Source: Owenia fusiformis
Lineage: Eukaryota
Direction: 5' to 3'
Assembly (NCBI GenBank): GCA_903813345.2
Contig: CAIIXF020000001.1
Span: 23,498,001-23,562,000 of the forward strand
Length of the DNA stretch: 64,000 nt
Below are positions 1 to 13,700 of the stretch, piece after piece; position 1 is the stretch's first letter, and each line of letters opens with the position of its first letter. A program made the translations under genes and the position numbers. The notes beneath the pieces are model-generated. The model made no database searches. It was not told the origin of the DNA and saw only the letters and a program-made list of their open reading frames with translations.

Positions 1-907
1 ATTAGATAGAAGAAAATAGCTAGAATGTTTTTTATTTGAAGCTTATGGTATGAGGTTCCATATCCATCCGCCAAAAGGTATGACCCCTATATAGTCCATT
101 TAAAAACCAGTGGTATCGTTCTAAATAACCCATAGTTGGCTTCTAGGGTACCTAGTATGCCACTATTTGGTATCAAAATAAAGAGGAGTTCAACTTTCAT
201 TTGAATTACGAAAATAGCGATGTAGGTCAAAATAGTTCCGAACGTGAGCATGTTTACTACGCGTTTGCCCGTCATATCAGAATTGAGGAAGTGGTAGCAA
301 ACGCGAGTTACAATAAACGGACGCTGATATCTCAAAAAGTAACCTGACTCCCTATAATTTGATGTAGGTCAATCGAACCCCTATATGGACAGGTGCATTT
401 TGATATATAACACTATGGGGGGGGGGGGTAAGCGTTTCATAGTTGGTCACGAACGCCATATGTGCAAAGTATTGTTATGAATTTTCGAATTTGGTGTTGG
501 ATTACGGTACTCATACCTTATAGCACAATTTTTGATGGAAGTTGCATTTGGCTCCCTTAGTTAATGGCCACGATTCCATCTCGCATGAGAGAGCTACCAA
601 ACGCAAAGTAAACAGTGATATATTCCAAATGAGATATTTCTCCTGTGCCATGGCGTAGTAAGGGTAGAGAGCGACGGGGGCGAAAGCATCCCCTCCCCTA
701 ACTGTATATATCGACCCATTAGATAGAACAAGAAAAAAGCTTTAAAATGTTTTTTAATTGAAGCTTGTAGGACAATTTTGATGGAAGTTGAATCAATTTT
801 TGTCGAAATAAATTATGGCTCAATCCGAGTGTGTTCGAGTCGTGCTCGCTAACCACGAGGCTACCAGTGATGAGGTTATTTCTAAAAGTAAAAGTAGTCG
901 ATTTATC

Positions 908-1070
908 TATGAAATTGTCGGCTCTCTAGCAAAAACACGTAGTAGCCACTTGCGTACCGACAATTGTCGGTTCTCTATCTGGCACTACTAGGTGACGATA
1001 GAGTGCCGACAATTGTCGGTACCCTAGCAAATACCCCTGGACAGTCTCCAGTACCGACTTTTGTCGGTCC
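908..1070. repeat. Four copies of a palindromic core (CCGACAATTGTCGG, two degenerate) at 48-49 bp spacing
   Basis: Cores begin at about 908 (degenerate), 957, 1006 and 1054 (CCGACTTTTGTCGG). The intervening sequences are only partly similar. Confidence 0.75.
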
Positions 1071-1560
1071 TGGAGCCACTCCGTGTATTATATCATTCAT
1101 TTCATTGGTGATTTCATTGGTGGTTTCATTTTCAATTTTATTTTCAATTTCATTTTCTTTTTCAATGTTATTATCCATTGTTGTACGACATTTCATTTCA
1201 TTGTTACTGTCAATATCTAATTTTGAGCATTTAGATACATGGGGAACATCACTGTCCAAGTACATTGTACTGGGCTATTGATATTGTCATGGAGTCTTGA
1301 TCCTGAATCACTATTTTTTTGCCACTGGCTTCGATCTCACTGGGAATCACATCTGAGAAATTTTTTGTTATCAATTTAATCGTTCCATTCACATTAATAA
1401 TTTTTCTGATTTTCATTTCATTTTCAGGATGTTTTAAAATCAAGTGTTGTATTATTGCATTAAATTGTTTTGTTTTCCCGTCACAATTGTAGCATTGGAA
1501 GCCTACACACCTGAAAGTAAACAAGTGATTAATTAGACATCCATTCCACGTATTTTCCAT
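975..1560 (-). pseudogene. Frameshifted ORF remnant with an N-terminal C2H2-type zinc finger, probably transposon-derived
   Basis: ORF 1249-1560 contains CYNC-x12-HLILKH and overlaps ORF 975-1265 (acidic, N/E-rich) in another frame. Family not identified. Confidence 0.35.
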
Positions 1561-3396
1561 ATATTCTGTGGGAATCAGAGCCGCGTTTTTTCCAGAAAAT
1601 AAATCTAATCTCGTCTCAGGGACGTAAATTACTTCTTGTATTAGAAAAGTAATGGTGATATGACATTCCCTGGTTCATAAACTATCATATCGCCAAATAT
1701 CAATGCAATTTGAAACAGAGTATCTACCATTTTTTCGAAAATAATCAAAAAAAAATATTGCGGTTATTTACAAAAATATATTATTTCAATTCGTATTCAT
1801 TTCGTTTCTTAGTATTAATCGTTACAATATTATATATAGACAGGTGGATATGTCTTGGATCAATGTACCGAGTTTGAACATGTCAGGTGGCCAAGAAAGG
1901 GTATAATTTAAAGAAATAAATCACCCCTGCTCTGCCATGTTTATTTTTAGGAAGATCGTTTTTTCCTAAATCAGAGCCACTTGTTTTGACCTTATCACTT
2001 CGTCCAGGGTGATTCAAGAGGAGATGGTGAAATATAACAAAAGTTATGTTATAGTTTTATAGATGTCGTCGTAGCAGTTCAAATACTTGTCAGTGTCCGT
2101 CTTTCCAAGGTGCTACGTACAACCCCAAAAATAAATTTGAAAAATACCTTTCCCCATTCCCCATGTTTTATTTATACATTTTAAATATATCATGGTTAAG
2201 TCAACATTTCAAAAATATATCTACACCAAATTTTTAAAAGGAACATTGCATAATGTAGAACTGTCAACAAAAATGTACATTGAAAGTAAATCATGAAAAG
2301 GGATTTTGATCTCAAATTAAATGACCCGCCCCATGGAAAATCAATTTGATTATTGATTTTGACCTTTACATACCAGGAATGGATTTTGCAAACTATAAAT
2401 AAGAACCAAGATTTTGATGTATTGATTTTTCAAATTTTGTTCTCGCCAGCTCAAGATCACAGCGATAAACGACAGTTGTCCAATCAGCGACGATGATTTA
2501 GCGGGTGTGTCAGTCACAGACCAATGGACCAAAGGAGTTCACCGTATAAGTGAAGGTTCATCTTTATAAGGGGGTTCCCCTCTTCTTTCCAAAAAAGACA
2601 TGGCAAGAATAACCGACCATCGACCCATGGCACTCAAAGTTGGGTACACATGGGGAGACGGTCATACCAAATTAGTTTGCTTGCCTTTTATTTAACAATT
2701 TTTACGAACAAAATGGGACATAAACAAAAAACGTTTAATATGATTGGCATATTCAAAATCGAAATCTATAAATAATTTAAGGCTACGTGTACATAAAGTC
2801 GGTCTCTTTCACATTTTCCTCCTTGCTTTGAGGCTACCTGTGGAAAACACCAACCGGCCACAGGTCGATGGGGTCGATATTTTTCTTAAACACAGACAAA
2901 AAGATGATGGTGTATAATTTAAAAAGAAACTTCTCTCACATTTTAATCCTTTATCTAACGCCGCTTTGAGCTGTGGGTTTGGATGCCACCCGGGGGATGC
3001 CACAACTTATGAGGAAGTCGACACTATGACGTATTGAGTTTGAGCATAGGTTATGACCATACATAAGTAAATGTATATCTATAGGGTAGAATCCAGAATT
3101 GGCCCCAGTACCGATCAATGGAGAGAGCTTGTTTAGAATGGTGTAAATAGTGACTTTACATTAAACCCTTTGGAGTTACTATTTGCCATGGGAGATTCGA
3201 TTTCGATTTCACTTTAAAAGAACATTTTCTGTCAACTAGAGTGTAAATTGTATCAATATTTATCTCTGATATAAAACAAATACAACACAAATGTTATAAA
3301 TGGTGAAAAGTGTGTAAGTCCTTGTGCGATGATGGGCATTTTCGATGGACATTTTTGTTCGGAATTATAATGTATCTCGTGGATAGTTTAATTCAA

Positions 3397-3420
3397 GATT
3401 GATTGATTGATTGATTGATT
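3397..3420. repeat. (GATT)6 microsatellite
   Basis: Read directly from the sequence. Confidence 0.9.
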
Positions 3421-3955
3421 TGTGGCAATCGATCATTTATGATCAATGCTAGTTGGGATTAGCGCTCGGATACAATATGGATAGACGGTTAGGAAGGTAC
3501 CAATATATGTTTAGTACTTATCACCACATGGAGTGAAACAACCACGATGCCTTTATAGGTCATTTCGGAATTTAGTAAGAAAAAAGATATGAAAAAGCTG
3601 GATTGTGTTCATGAAAGTTGCCAATATGCTAATTTAAGGAAATCTATCGTGGATATGCCAAACCAAAAATGGGTAGTTTATAATATGTAATCCCAATTAA
3701 AAGAATATTTATAGTAGAAATGCATTCCATGGAATTCATTATGGAAAATGTGTGGAATAATAAACGATAGCGAAATAATTATAATATTAGTTTAACTATT
3801 TAAGAGCGCAAATAGAGATTTGCAAGTTCAAGGGTATGTGACAAGAATCATGAGCCGAATACCACATACACTTACTATATAGCCCATAACCGATAACAAT
3901 GATTTGAACAATCTACATAATCAGGTGTCCGGAAATAAGTCGAGACGCATTAGCG

Positions 3956-4740
3956 ATCACATGAGATAAAGTGGGATTGAAAAAAGTATTCTATTGGATA
4001 AAAAAAAGTATGAGGAAGAAATGTTAAAAAATCAAATATGCAAGAGTTTAAGGCTATGACATTATAAATTCCGTCCAACAGAATGTCGTAAGGACGTCAA
4101 TTTCAGTATAAATAGATTGGAGTGTAACGTCCATACTCCATACTGGTCTGATTTTATACGATCGTTTCAACTTTTAAAAGACTCAAAATATTTGTAGTAT
4201 AAGATATAACACCACCCTGAAGTACTATTATTAAAATGGAGAACCGAAATGACAGAAGTAAATTTGAAAAGGCTCCTTTGAATACTGTTGTTCGCCTTAA
4301 CAACGTAGCTGATGGGACACAGATAGAGGACACCCTTTATAGGAGTGCGACAAGGGTAAGTTCTGGTATTTTGGTATCTTATTTTTATTTTTATTATTAA
4401 TTGAAATAGCACTATATCTTATCTTCTTTAAATCTTTATGGTGAGCCAAAAATGGTCATAATTGTATGGCCATGTAACAAAACATGCTCAAAAACAAAAC
4501 GCCGGTCTTGTCATTGGATGCAAACTTGAATGCATCGGTGAAGTTGGTCTGACCACACGCTCACAGATATCTTATGTAATACGAGGGGTTGATCCAAAAG
4601 TTCTGCACCGTTTGCTCTAGAAATCGTAATTATTTATCACATGAGATAAAGTGGGATTGAAAAAAGTATTCTATTGGATAACAAAAAGTATGAGGAAGAA
4701 ATGTTAAAAAATCAAATATGCAAGAGTTTAGGGCAATGAC
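3956..4740 (+). repeat. 105-bp direct repeat pair (3956-4060 and 4636-4740) flanking NOS coding exon 1
   Basis: ATCACATGAGATAAAGTGGGATTG...GCAAGAGTTTA occurs twice, 680 bp apart, with about 3 mismatches. Confidence 0.9.
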
Positions 4741-7700
4741 CTCGTATAATAATTCTGATCCCATCTATACCTTCAAATCTCTTGTTTTAACTCTCTAATG
4801 CTTCTGGGGTTGTTATTGTAGATATCATCTTTGAAATTGTCCCAAAAATTAACGTCTCGGGGTTCATTCCATGGGGTTCAATGTGTACAAAATTCGGCGC
4901 GGTCCTAGTCTGAACCCTCAGATATCAATATGTTCCTATGCCAATCTGTCAAATTCCAATGTGTTCCCATACCAACCAAAACAAGGCATTAACATGACAA
5001 AATGTCACCGCCTAGTTGCTCACAATATTATGAATCTTTTTTACTTTAAGAAGGTCATTAAAGGTCAAATATCAAATCTATAGTCAGATTTGAACTTTTG
5101 AGAACTTGTGGATGAATTTGTAAAAAATTGGGTCAATTTGAAGCAAGTTGAGAAAATACCTTTTTGAACTTTTAACCTATCTTGACCTTTAGAAGGTCAT
5201 TGAAGGTCAAATTGTAAATCTATAGTCAGATTTGACATTTTGAGAACTTGAAGATGATCTTTGAAAAAATGAAGTCAGTCTTAACAGTATTTGTGTAGTT
5301 ATTGGAAGTTGTAAAAATTTGTTACAGACGCCGATTCGCCAACCGCAACCCACCGATCGCCAATCGCAACCCACCGATCGCCAACCGCCAGATATGACTG
5401 TAAATCCATGGATGATAGAGTTATTAACATTTCTTTTGATTACCTCCTTGGCTCATCCTGTATACATACAAAATAAAGCCATAAGATACAAGCAAATTGG
5501 ATGAATTCTGCATTGTAATCAGTCTTTTTAATTTTGTTCGAAAAATTGTGAATTTCTTTAAAATAAAACTTTATGTTGTCACGCATATCTATTAATATAC
5601 ATTACTTTACATCAATGTCAACCCTCATATTTTGTCAGGTGAAAGAAAGGAAAATATCGATTGGAAGATAAAAAATGAATTCATAAATCAGAGGCACAAA
5701 AAAGTGTTCAAAGAAGAATACATTTTACAAATGGTATAGAAATATCTTAAACACGATAAGCAATGCAAGCACGTCTCTTCAACGTACCAGCATTGCTTTA
5801 TCCTAAAACTATATTTGAACAAGATTTATAAAATGAAATCTTGATAAATAGGAAGAAAGTCTCAGTTTAAGTTTTTACAAATCATGGAAATATTTTACGT
5901 AAAACTTGATATTCTGCTATTACTTGGATAACTAATGTAATCGATATGTCTACTGCATCAATTAATCGACAGTCTGCTAAGAAAGTCAATTTGGATTACC
6001 CCATTTATACACAGAGCTCGACAACCTGAACTGAACTGAACTACAGGGTGGGTCAAAAAACCATCCCCATAGCAAATATTCCTGATAAATATTTATTCTT
6101 AACAAATGATCAACAATGATATATAATAGAACAATATTTAACAAGCATCACTTGATATATTACCAATTATGTGACATAGGGGAAAACACCTTCTAAATTT
6201 TCATAGATGATTTTTACTGTACAGTTAAAAATTGCATCAATGTTGCAAGTTTTTCCTAATTGACTGTTATTTATTGTTTTAATTCAGTTTTTGAATCATG
6301 CATGCTTAAGGTACATGTGTATGCTTATGAAACAAATCCGAGTCTGTCCAAATATGGCTCTGTAGGCCCACCTTCTGATTCAATTACTCGCTTAATAAGA
6401 CGCGGACGTTATTGTTTGATGGCATAATTGATGGATGTCTGCGAAGTACCATTCAACTCCTAGTTATTCGTTCTTTCAGTTCCTCTACGTCCCTGATGTG
6501 CTGGATGATGGGGACATTTTGAGTCTCCTAAAACTTCAGGGTAGCATTGGTCCTGTGTGATGCTGCATCCTATCGGAAATGGAATTTCTTTTCACGTTTT
6601 TATCCTTGAGGGGTCCCTTTTTAACACCTCATTACAGTGGGCTAATATTCAGAGTACATATATATTACAATATGTATATTTGTGCCCCTGGTTTAACAAA
6701 ACAGAGTCGGTCTTTCCTTTTTGGAAACACCGAGTGACATCATTCCATCAAATTTTCAGAAAAATGTCATCTTGATTTGAGCAGCCTTTTTCGCAAGTGT
6801 CACTCTTCTTGCTTACGGATACAAAGCGTCTATCCTGTTTATTACCATACTTGGAGACATCTAGAACAGTTTATCTATGAAGATCCCTAGCCCATCCGGG
6901 ATGTAGACGAACTGAAAGAAAGAATAATTAAGAGTTGGATGGTACTTCCGCAGACATCCATCAACAATCAATCAATCGTGCCATCAACCAAAAGCTTCGG
7001 CGTCTTAAGCTAAGAATCGAATCAGAAGGCGGGCCTACATGTATGAGCCACATTTTGACATACTGAAGAAGAAATGCATTTGTTTCCAAGCATTTACATG
7101 TATTTTAAGCATACAAAAACTGAATGAAAACAAAATGTAATATCCAGTTAGGAAAGTCTCGTGACAATGATGCAAGTTTCAACTCAATCTAAGTTTTACC
7201 AATCTGATGAGAGGTTTTGATCCAGAACTAAATATTCAGTTGTTCATGTTATTTTATTTCAAATTATTTCAAATATAGCTAAATCCAATTATACGATACA
7301 AATATTTGTCATATTCCGCGACGAATATGGCATTTTCCTTACATCGATTTCACGAACGGGCAAAGGTTTATAAACTATTATAATGATTACTCAATCAACA
7401 GGTCTATGCCTTGAATTTATCAACTAATACAATGGAATAACATACACCGGTGGTGCCTGTATTGTTTGATCTTGTTTTATGTATGTGTTACAAGAAAATA
7501 CACACTTCATGGGAAACATTATTACGCATAAATAAACGAATCTACAAAAATCATGAGTATTTATGTATTGTTGAATTGGCAATCACGATTTACAGAATCA
7601 TTTAGCTATTACACGTAATAAACCTACTTAATCAATCCAGGATTCATATATTAGTACTCGAAGCGCTAACAATATTGGTAAGCCAGCGTAGTTTTACATT

Positions 7701-10700
7701 TAGAATCGATTGTTTTGACCAATCAAATCGAGGTTTTCTGTATCGCGTTTTCACCTGCGGTATATGGCATATTCCGCAGGTGAATATGCCATATTCAGGA
7801 GGAGAATATGACATATTCCGCAAGTCGGGTATTCACTGAAATCATTTCACTGCGGAATAAGCCATACTCACCTGCAGAATATGCCATATTCCGCAGGTGA
7901 GTGTGAAAAGACTTCATTCCACTCAGGCGTTGTCTCCTAAACTTAGCAATCGATTCTGCACAACACCTTGGAGGTAGTGATCAGTTCACAATGCACTAAG
8001 TCCAGGGCTTAAATCCTAAGATCGTGAGTCTACACGTGCGAAGAAATTGTATTAAATATGTATCAAATATGTCACACTATTAATTTTCATCGACTAGATG
8101 CAAGCGACTAGAAATAGCATTGATTTTCATCATTAAATACTCAAAACCTATCTATACAAAGTGATTGCATCTGGAAATGAAGTTATAAAGATTGTTGTTC
8201 AGCTTTGAAATCTTCATTTTCTTTGAAAATGTAATTTCTAGATCGGGAAGAGATATATTTTGAAACATCGTTTCTTTCTATTTTGTTTAGTTGAATTATA
8301 AAGCTCATAAGGTTCTAGGTGAATATAGATCCAATAAATCTGTGTATTATTCAAGTTTATGGGAACGTTTTCTATGTCTGTTATTGTGCATGTAATGTTA
8401 TCTGACCCGAATAAGCCCTCCATTGGTGAAACTGGTATCCATATCTACCCACTTGCACCTGGACAATTGCCTTAAGATTAGGATAAGAGTTATCTTTTCT
8501 TTCACAACGTTTTGCACGTCTGTGTATTTCTGTGATTTCAGTGATTTCTGATGATATTCTTGTATCATCATTTTTGTATCCGCATTTAAATAAATGATTT
8601 TACGAAAGAGGTTATGCGCAACGATGCGCATAAAAACTGTAAATGCGCATCATTTGCAAACAATTCGGTCCTACACATACATTATTTGATTTATCAATTA
8701 AATTCTAATCCCAATCGAACATTTTAAAGTTCTCAATTTAAGTTTATTTTGAACCTGAATGACACATACGTACGTATTTCTTCAGGAAACTATTTAAAGT
8801 CTTTGTTACTTTAGGGGCAAATGGTCGGAATATTTTTACAAGTTGGAATAAGTGCAAATATACATGCATGAAGGAAGTAATACTTAAGCAAAGATAACAC
8901 GCAAAAAGTAAATATTGGAGTACAAGGACAGAATGCCCAAGTACGACCTGAAATGGAAATTAGATGTTTGCGTTTGTAAAACCCATTCACTAAATACGAA
9001 ATAAAATATGCTCTAGGAAGGGGAATGTATAACTAATACTTTTACGAATGTCTTTCAATTTGTCCCACTGCACTTACCCATGGTTTTATACGGTTTTGAA
9101 TTACTTACATCTAAAAAATTACAAAAATCTAGCTACAAGCCCCTCGCCGTCTAGTTACCTCCCAACAATTGATGTGTCGTGTCGGTGAAATATATAGGGG
9201 GAGGTCTGAACTGAACAGTGCCATACTTCCTTTTTGATGATAATCAAAAAAGACTAGATAAATGTATACATTTACTTCTCCTCGCGTGTTGCATTGTGGC
9301 TAATAGTCAAGAACACATTCCAATAAAAATATAATTTGTGAGAGCATCTTCACTTTCATTATTGCCTTAATTATTATGATTTCCATTTTGTATTATACTC
9401 TCAACATGTATGCAGATAATCATGTTTCCATTTTTGATTTATTTCTTTTAATCATACATGAAAAGTACAAAATATAATTTTTCTTGGAAACGGTACAGGA
9501 AGATTATTTTCTCCAATTTTGAAAACCCAGGGCAATGCTGAATGCTTATGTATGAAATATGTGTTGTATACCCCCGGGTGTATACCCTTCTCTTGAATGA
9601 CCATGATGTTTACCTCACAGAGTAAACGAACATGTCAAGAAGTTTTGTGGCTTTGTGTTGAATTACAGCTAGGATCACACCTACAAACTCTAGCATAACG
9701 GTAACAAAACTGAGTTGAAACAATACATTGACTCATATACAATTAATCATCCTTGCTCATTTGATCTTTTTTGACAACGCCATCGTCACGGACTCAAATA
9801 GCCTCATAAGATATGAATTGTGCATGTTATTCATGTATGATTTCAGTAAGTCATGACTATAACCAAAATATAGAAAAATAGGATCGAATATTATGAATAG
9901 GGTTTGAAAGTGCATTGCCCGCCGTATTTTGCATACTCTATTGTTGTTCATGAATATCGTATTGCTCAAAAGTGGATTTGTATCAATACGTGTTGTAAAT
10001 ATATACCCTATGCAGACAGATCGCCTGAAATTACATTCGTATGATGCGGTGATTGAAATTACGATGTAAAGATAAAACCACAACGAAATATTTGTAGATT
10101 TCTTCGAAAAACTATCTAGTACTACTTTATTACCGTGAAGTACACATCATACTTATGTCCGATCATAAGTTCGAATAATAGTTTTGTTTCAAATATCAAT
10201 TGTATGACATACACGAGACCAATGATAATCCTACCAGGGGGAATCGGACCTGCAGGCTATGTTTTTTTCTGTTTTGAAAAATTCGATATGTGATGTATGT
10301 TTCTCAGTTTCTTAGTCAATATAGTGCAGCAACATTTGAACCAATATTTAAGGAGGTCCATATGTCGTAATTCTTTTTAAATGCCGTTTGCTGAAAAAAC
10401 GTAGGGCTTTTGGGTCGTTAATGTAAGCATATTTACAATAAATTGGATTATCACTATGTCAAAATTAATTCTAATTTCAATGTAATTTGGTTAATTAGTG
10501 TAATTACATAAATGTGCTTATTATATTTTGTTTATCTTTTCAAATATTGGTCAAGCAGATTCGACAAAATTGTGGGAATTATCCCAAAAATTCATAATTT
10601 CGAATTTAAGGTTTTTACTATTTCAAACTTTTATTTAAATTAAAGAATTTATACATTTCATCGCCAGGAGTCAAACAAGAAATAATAATGTTTTATAAAA

Positions 10701-13700
10701 CATAAAACAATGACAACTATGTAAAATATATATCTATTTGAATGTTACAGAGGTATTAGCTAACGTTTATATATCCAGAGGGCATGTCTAATAATCTATA
10801 AGAGACATACACTGGTGATCCACTCGATTAAACGCTGGTTACCAAAACGGTTCGTTTTGGTAACAAAATGTCGGAACGTCGAAGGTACGATTTTTCTTTT
10901 TTCCTTATTTCACGCGTTGTAGGCAGAATCCCCACGACGTTTTTTCTCACAAACGTATATCAGTATCACATGTTTTAGAAAAAGTTCATGTTTGCGAAAA
11001 AATAGCTCAGAAGACAACAGAATCGTCGATTTAATTCCTCACTTAAGTTACATAAACGGTTTTGGTTAAAAGTGCAGATCTTAACTGTTTTTCGAAAAAC
11101 CGTTTATGTAACTTAAGTGAAGAATTAAATCGACGATTCTGTTGTCTTCTGAACTATTTGTTCGCATATACCTTTGTAATGAGATGATTTAATTTCGTAA
11201 TGGATGTTATTTTAATGTATTGTTATGTTTAGTCGTGATGAACAATAAAATGTATTTGTTATATGTACATGATGCCGATACACGTTTGTGTTAAAAATGT
11301 CGTGGGAATTCTGCCTACAACGTGTGAAATAAGGAAAAGAGAAAAATCGTACCTTCGACGTTCCAACATTTTGTTACCAAAACGAACCGTTTCGGTAACC
11401 AGCGTAATCGAGTGGATCACCAGTGCATATGCAATCAAACGCCTTACATTTCTCTTGTGACGTTATTGCTGCATATCATCACATTTTCTGATGGTAATAC
11501 ATTCTTAGACATAACTGCTGGTTATCATCAGATTTTTGGTGAAAATCTAAACCATTTTTTCTCAAAGCTTCATGAATTCGACCAGGTCTTGGTGGTTGTT
11601 TTATAAACAACTGAGTAATATCTAACTAGGGGCAAAATAATTTTAGCCGAAGCCACATTAAGTCAATGAAGAGCAATACGCCCGACCGACTTTATTGATA
11701 GTTGACCCCTGACGGTGACAGTCCATATCTCAAAACGTATTAAGACCCATTTTTCGAAAAACTACAATAATTTTAGCATTTTTTATTCTTACATAAAAAC
11801 GATTCATTGATAACATTTACATCACCAATATTGAAGAGATACTTCAAAATGTTGATGTGCTGATTACATAATTTTTTGTATTTATGAGAAAAATAACATC
11901 AAATTTATAGTGAGAACCCTAAAACATGCACTCAAAATATAGATTTTTCTGTTGCAGTATGTACGCCAAATTGTAAAAAGGGATTTCTTTTTTACTAATA
12001 TTTTTACCCCTGCTAATGACACGCATAATTCAGCTCAAACGCCCGAAGAATATTGAATGGTTATAGTTAAAACAATACTGGACATGTCACGCCTAACCAT
12101 CGACAAGGTACAGTGACAAAATATACCGTAGTACACTTTAGATGTACGATGTCACTATTTAACCGATTTGAAGCAAAGACAATGATGCAGGTGTGATGTC
12201 GATTTAAAAAAATTATCTTGGGAATACTTGAAAGATTTCATGTTTAATTTCGTGTGTATTCGTTTAGAAAGACATTAAACTTTCTAATAATGTTAAAAGA
12301 TTTTCGAACAGTGCTCGATTTTTTTCGTAATCAATCTACCCACGAAAATTTATCGGAAATTCATGAGATATAGGTAATATTAAACAATGGTAATACTGTA
12401 ATGATTTCATTTCAAAATTCATTAAGGTTTTTAAAAGTAACAAGTGATCTTTAACGAACATGTTCAAGTATCCTTTTTGCTTTTTCATTTTATGAAAGTA
12501 TTGTTGTGGCGGTGGTTAATTTGTGCCCATTTGGTGTTAGCTTCCAGCCCAAACCCCCATCCAGTCTCTCGGAATAAAATATGTTGAAGACTAGCACTGC
12601 CACGGAGTCTGCTTCCAGTCTGTTTGATTATTTGGCGTCTGTACCTTACGTTTGTTAGTTACATTGATAGATATATCTACTGATCTATACTAGGTTATTG
12701 AATATGACTTTTTAAAACCCAGTTTATGATATCTGGAAAGTTTCAATAGTTCAATCAAATTGATGTAATTCTGTAATTGTTCTGTGTCAATTTTAAATGC
12801 ATCTGACCCCACTGTCTGTTAGTGTTATGAAAAATACGTTGTTTTTGCTTCAAATTGGTTAAGTAGTGACATCGTACATCTAAAGTGTACTACGGTATAT
12901 TATGTCACTGTTACTTGTCGATGGTTAGGCGTGTAATTAGGCGTCCTAAGAATTTCATACCATGGACTAATATGTCAAACGTCTATGTTTCGTGTCACAT
13001 TTTACCAAACGCAGGTACTAGTATACTGCACATATACAAGTACAATGACCGCACATGGTATGGCTTGTGTGAAAACAGACCCATTTAGTATTCACCAATG
13101 GGACAAGTTGGGGCCTCCATAGACTTAACATTGCGTGGGACCTCGTGGGACTTCTTGGGATTTTGCCCCATTGGTCAATGGTGTATACTGTGCTTTACAC
13201 TATAGTGCGAACATTTTCAAGAATGTAACTCATTATTCCATGACGTTTGAACATTGTTCTTCTGGAGACATTGGTTGACGTGAATGACTGACAAACGATT
13301 CATCGATTACCATTTCCATCTGAAAATGCCATTTTTATGTCACCACCAGAAGTAGTGACATATTGTTATGGTGTCCGACTTTTTTGTGGACGGCGGTTAG
13401 TGTTCGGCATTTTGGTGTTCGGCGGTCGGCGCCTAGCTGTAACAAATTCTTACGGCGTCTGTAACAAATGTTTACAACTTCCAATAACTGTTCAGATTGA
13501 CTTCAAATGTTATGAGCTCCAACACATTTCTGCCAATATCTGTTACCATGACGACAAAGAAGTGGACGTTGAAGGTCAATAAATGTCTTTTTCAACTCAC
13601 TTCAATTTTTTTCAAATCATCTACATGATCTCAGTAGTTCAACTCTGACTTTAGATTTGAGATTTGACCTTTGGTTGACCTTCATTAAAACCTCCGAAAG

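Noticed and set aside
908-1070. CRISPR array
   Set aside because: Eukaryotic context, no cas genes, only a 14-bp core, four copies and partly similar spacers.
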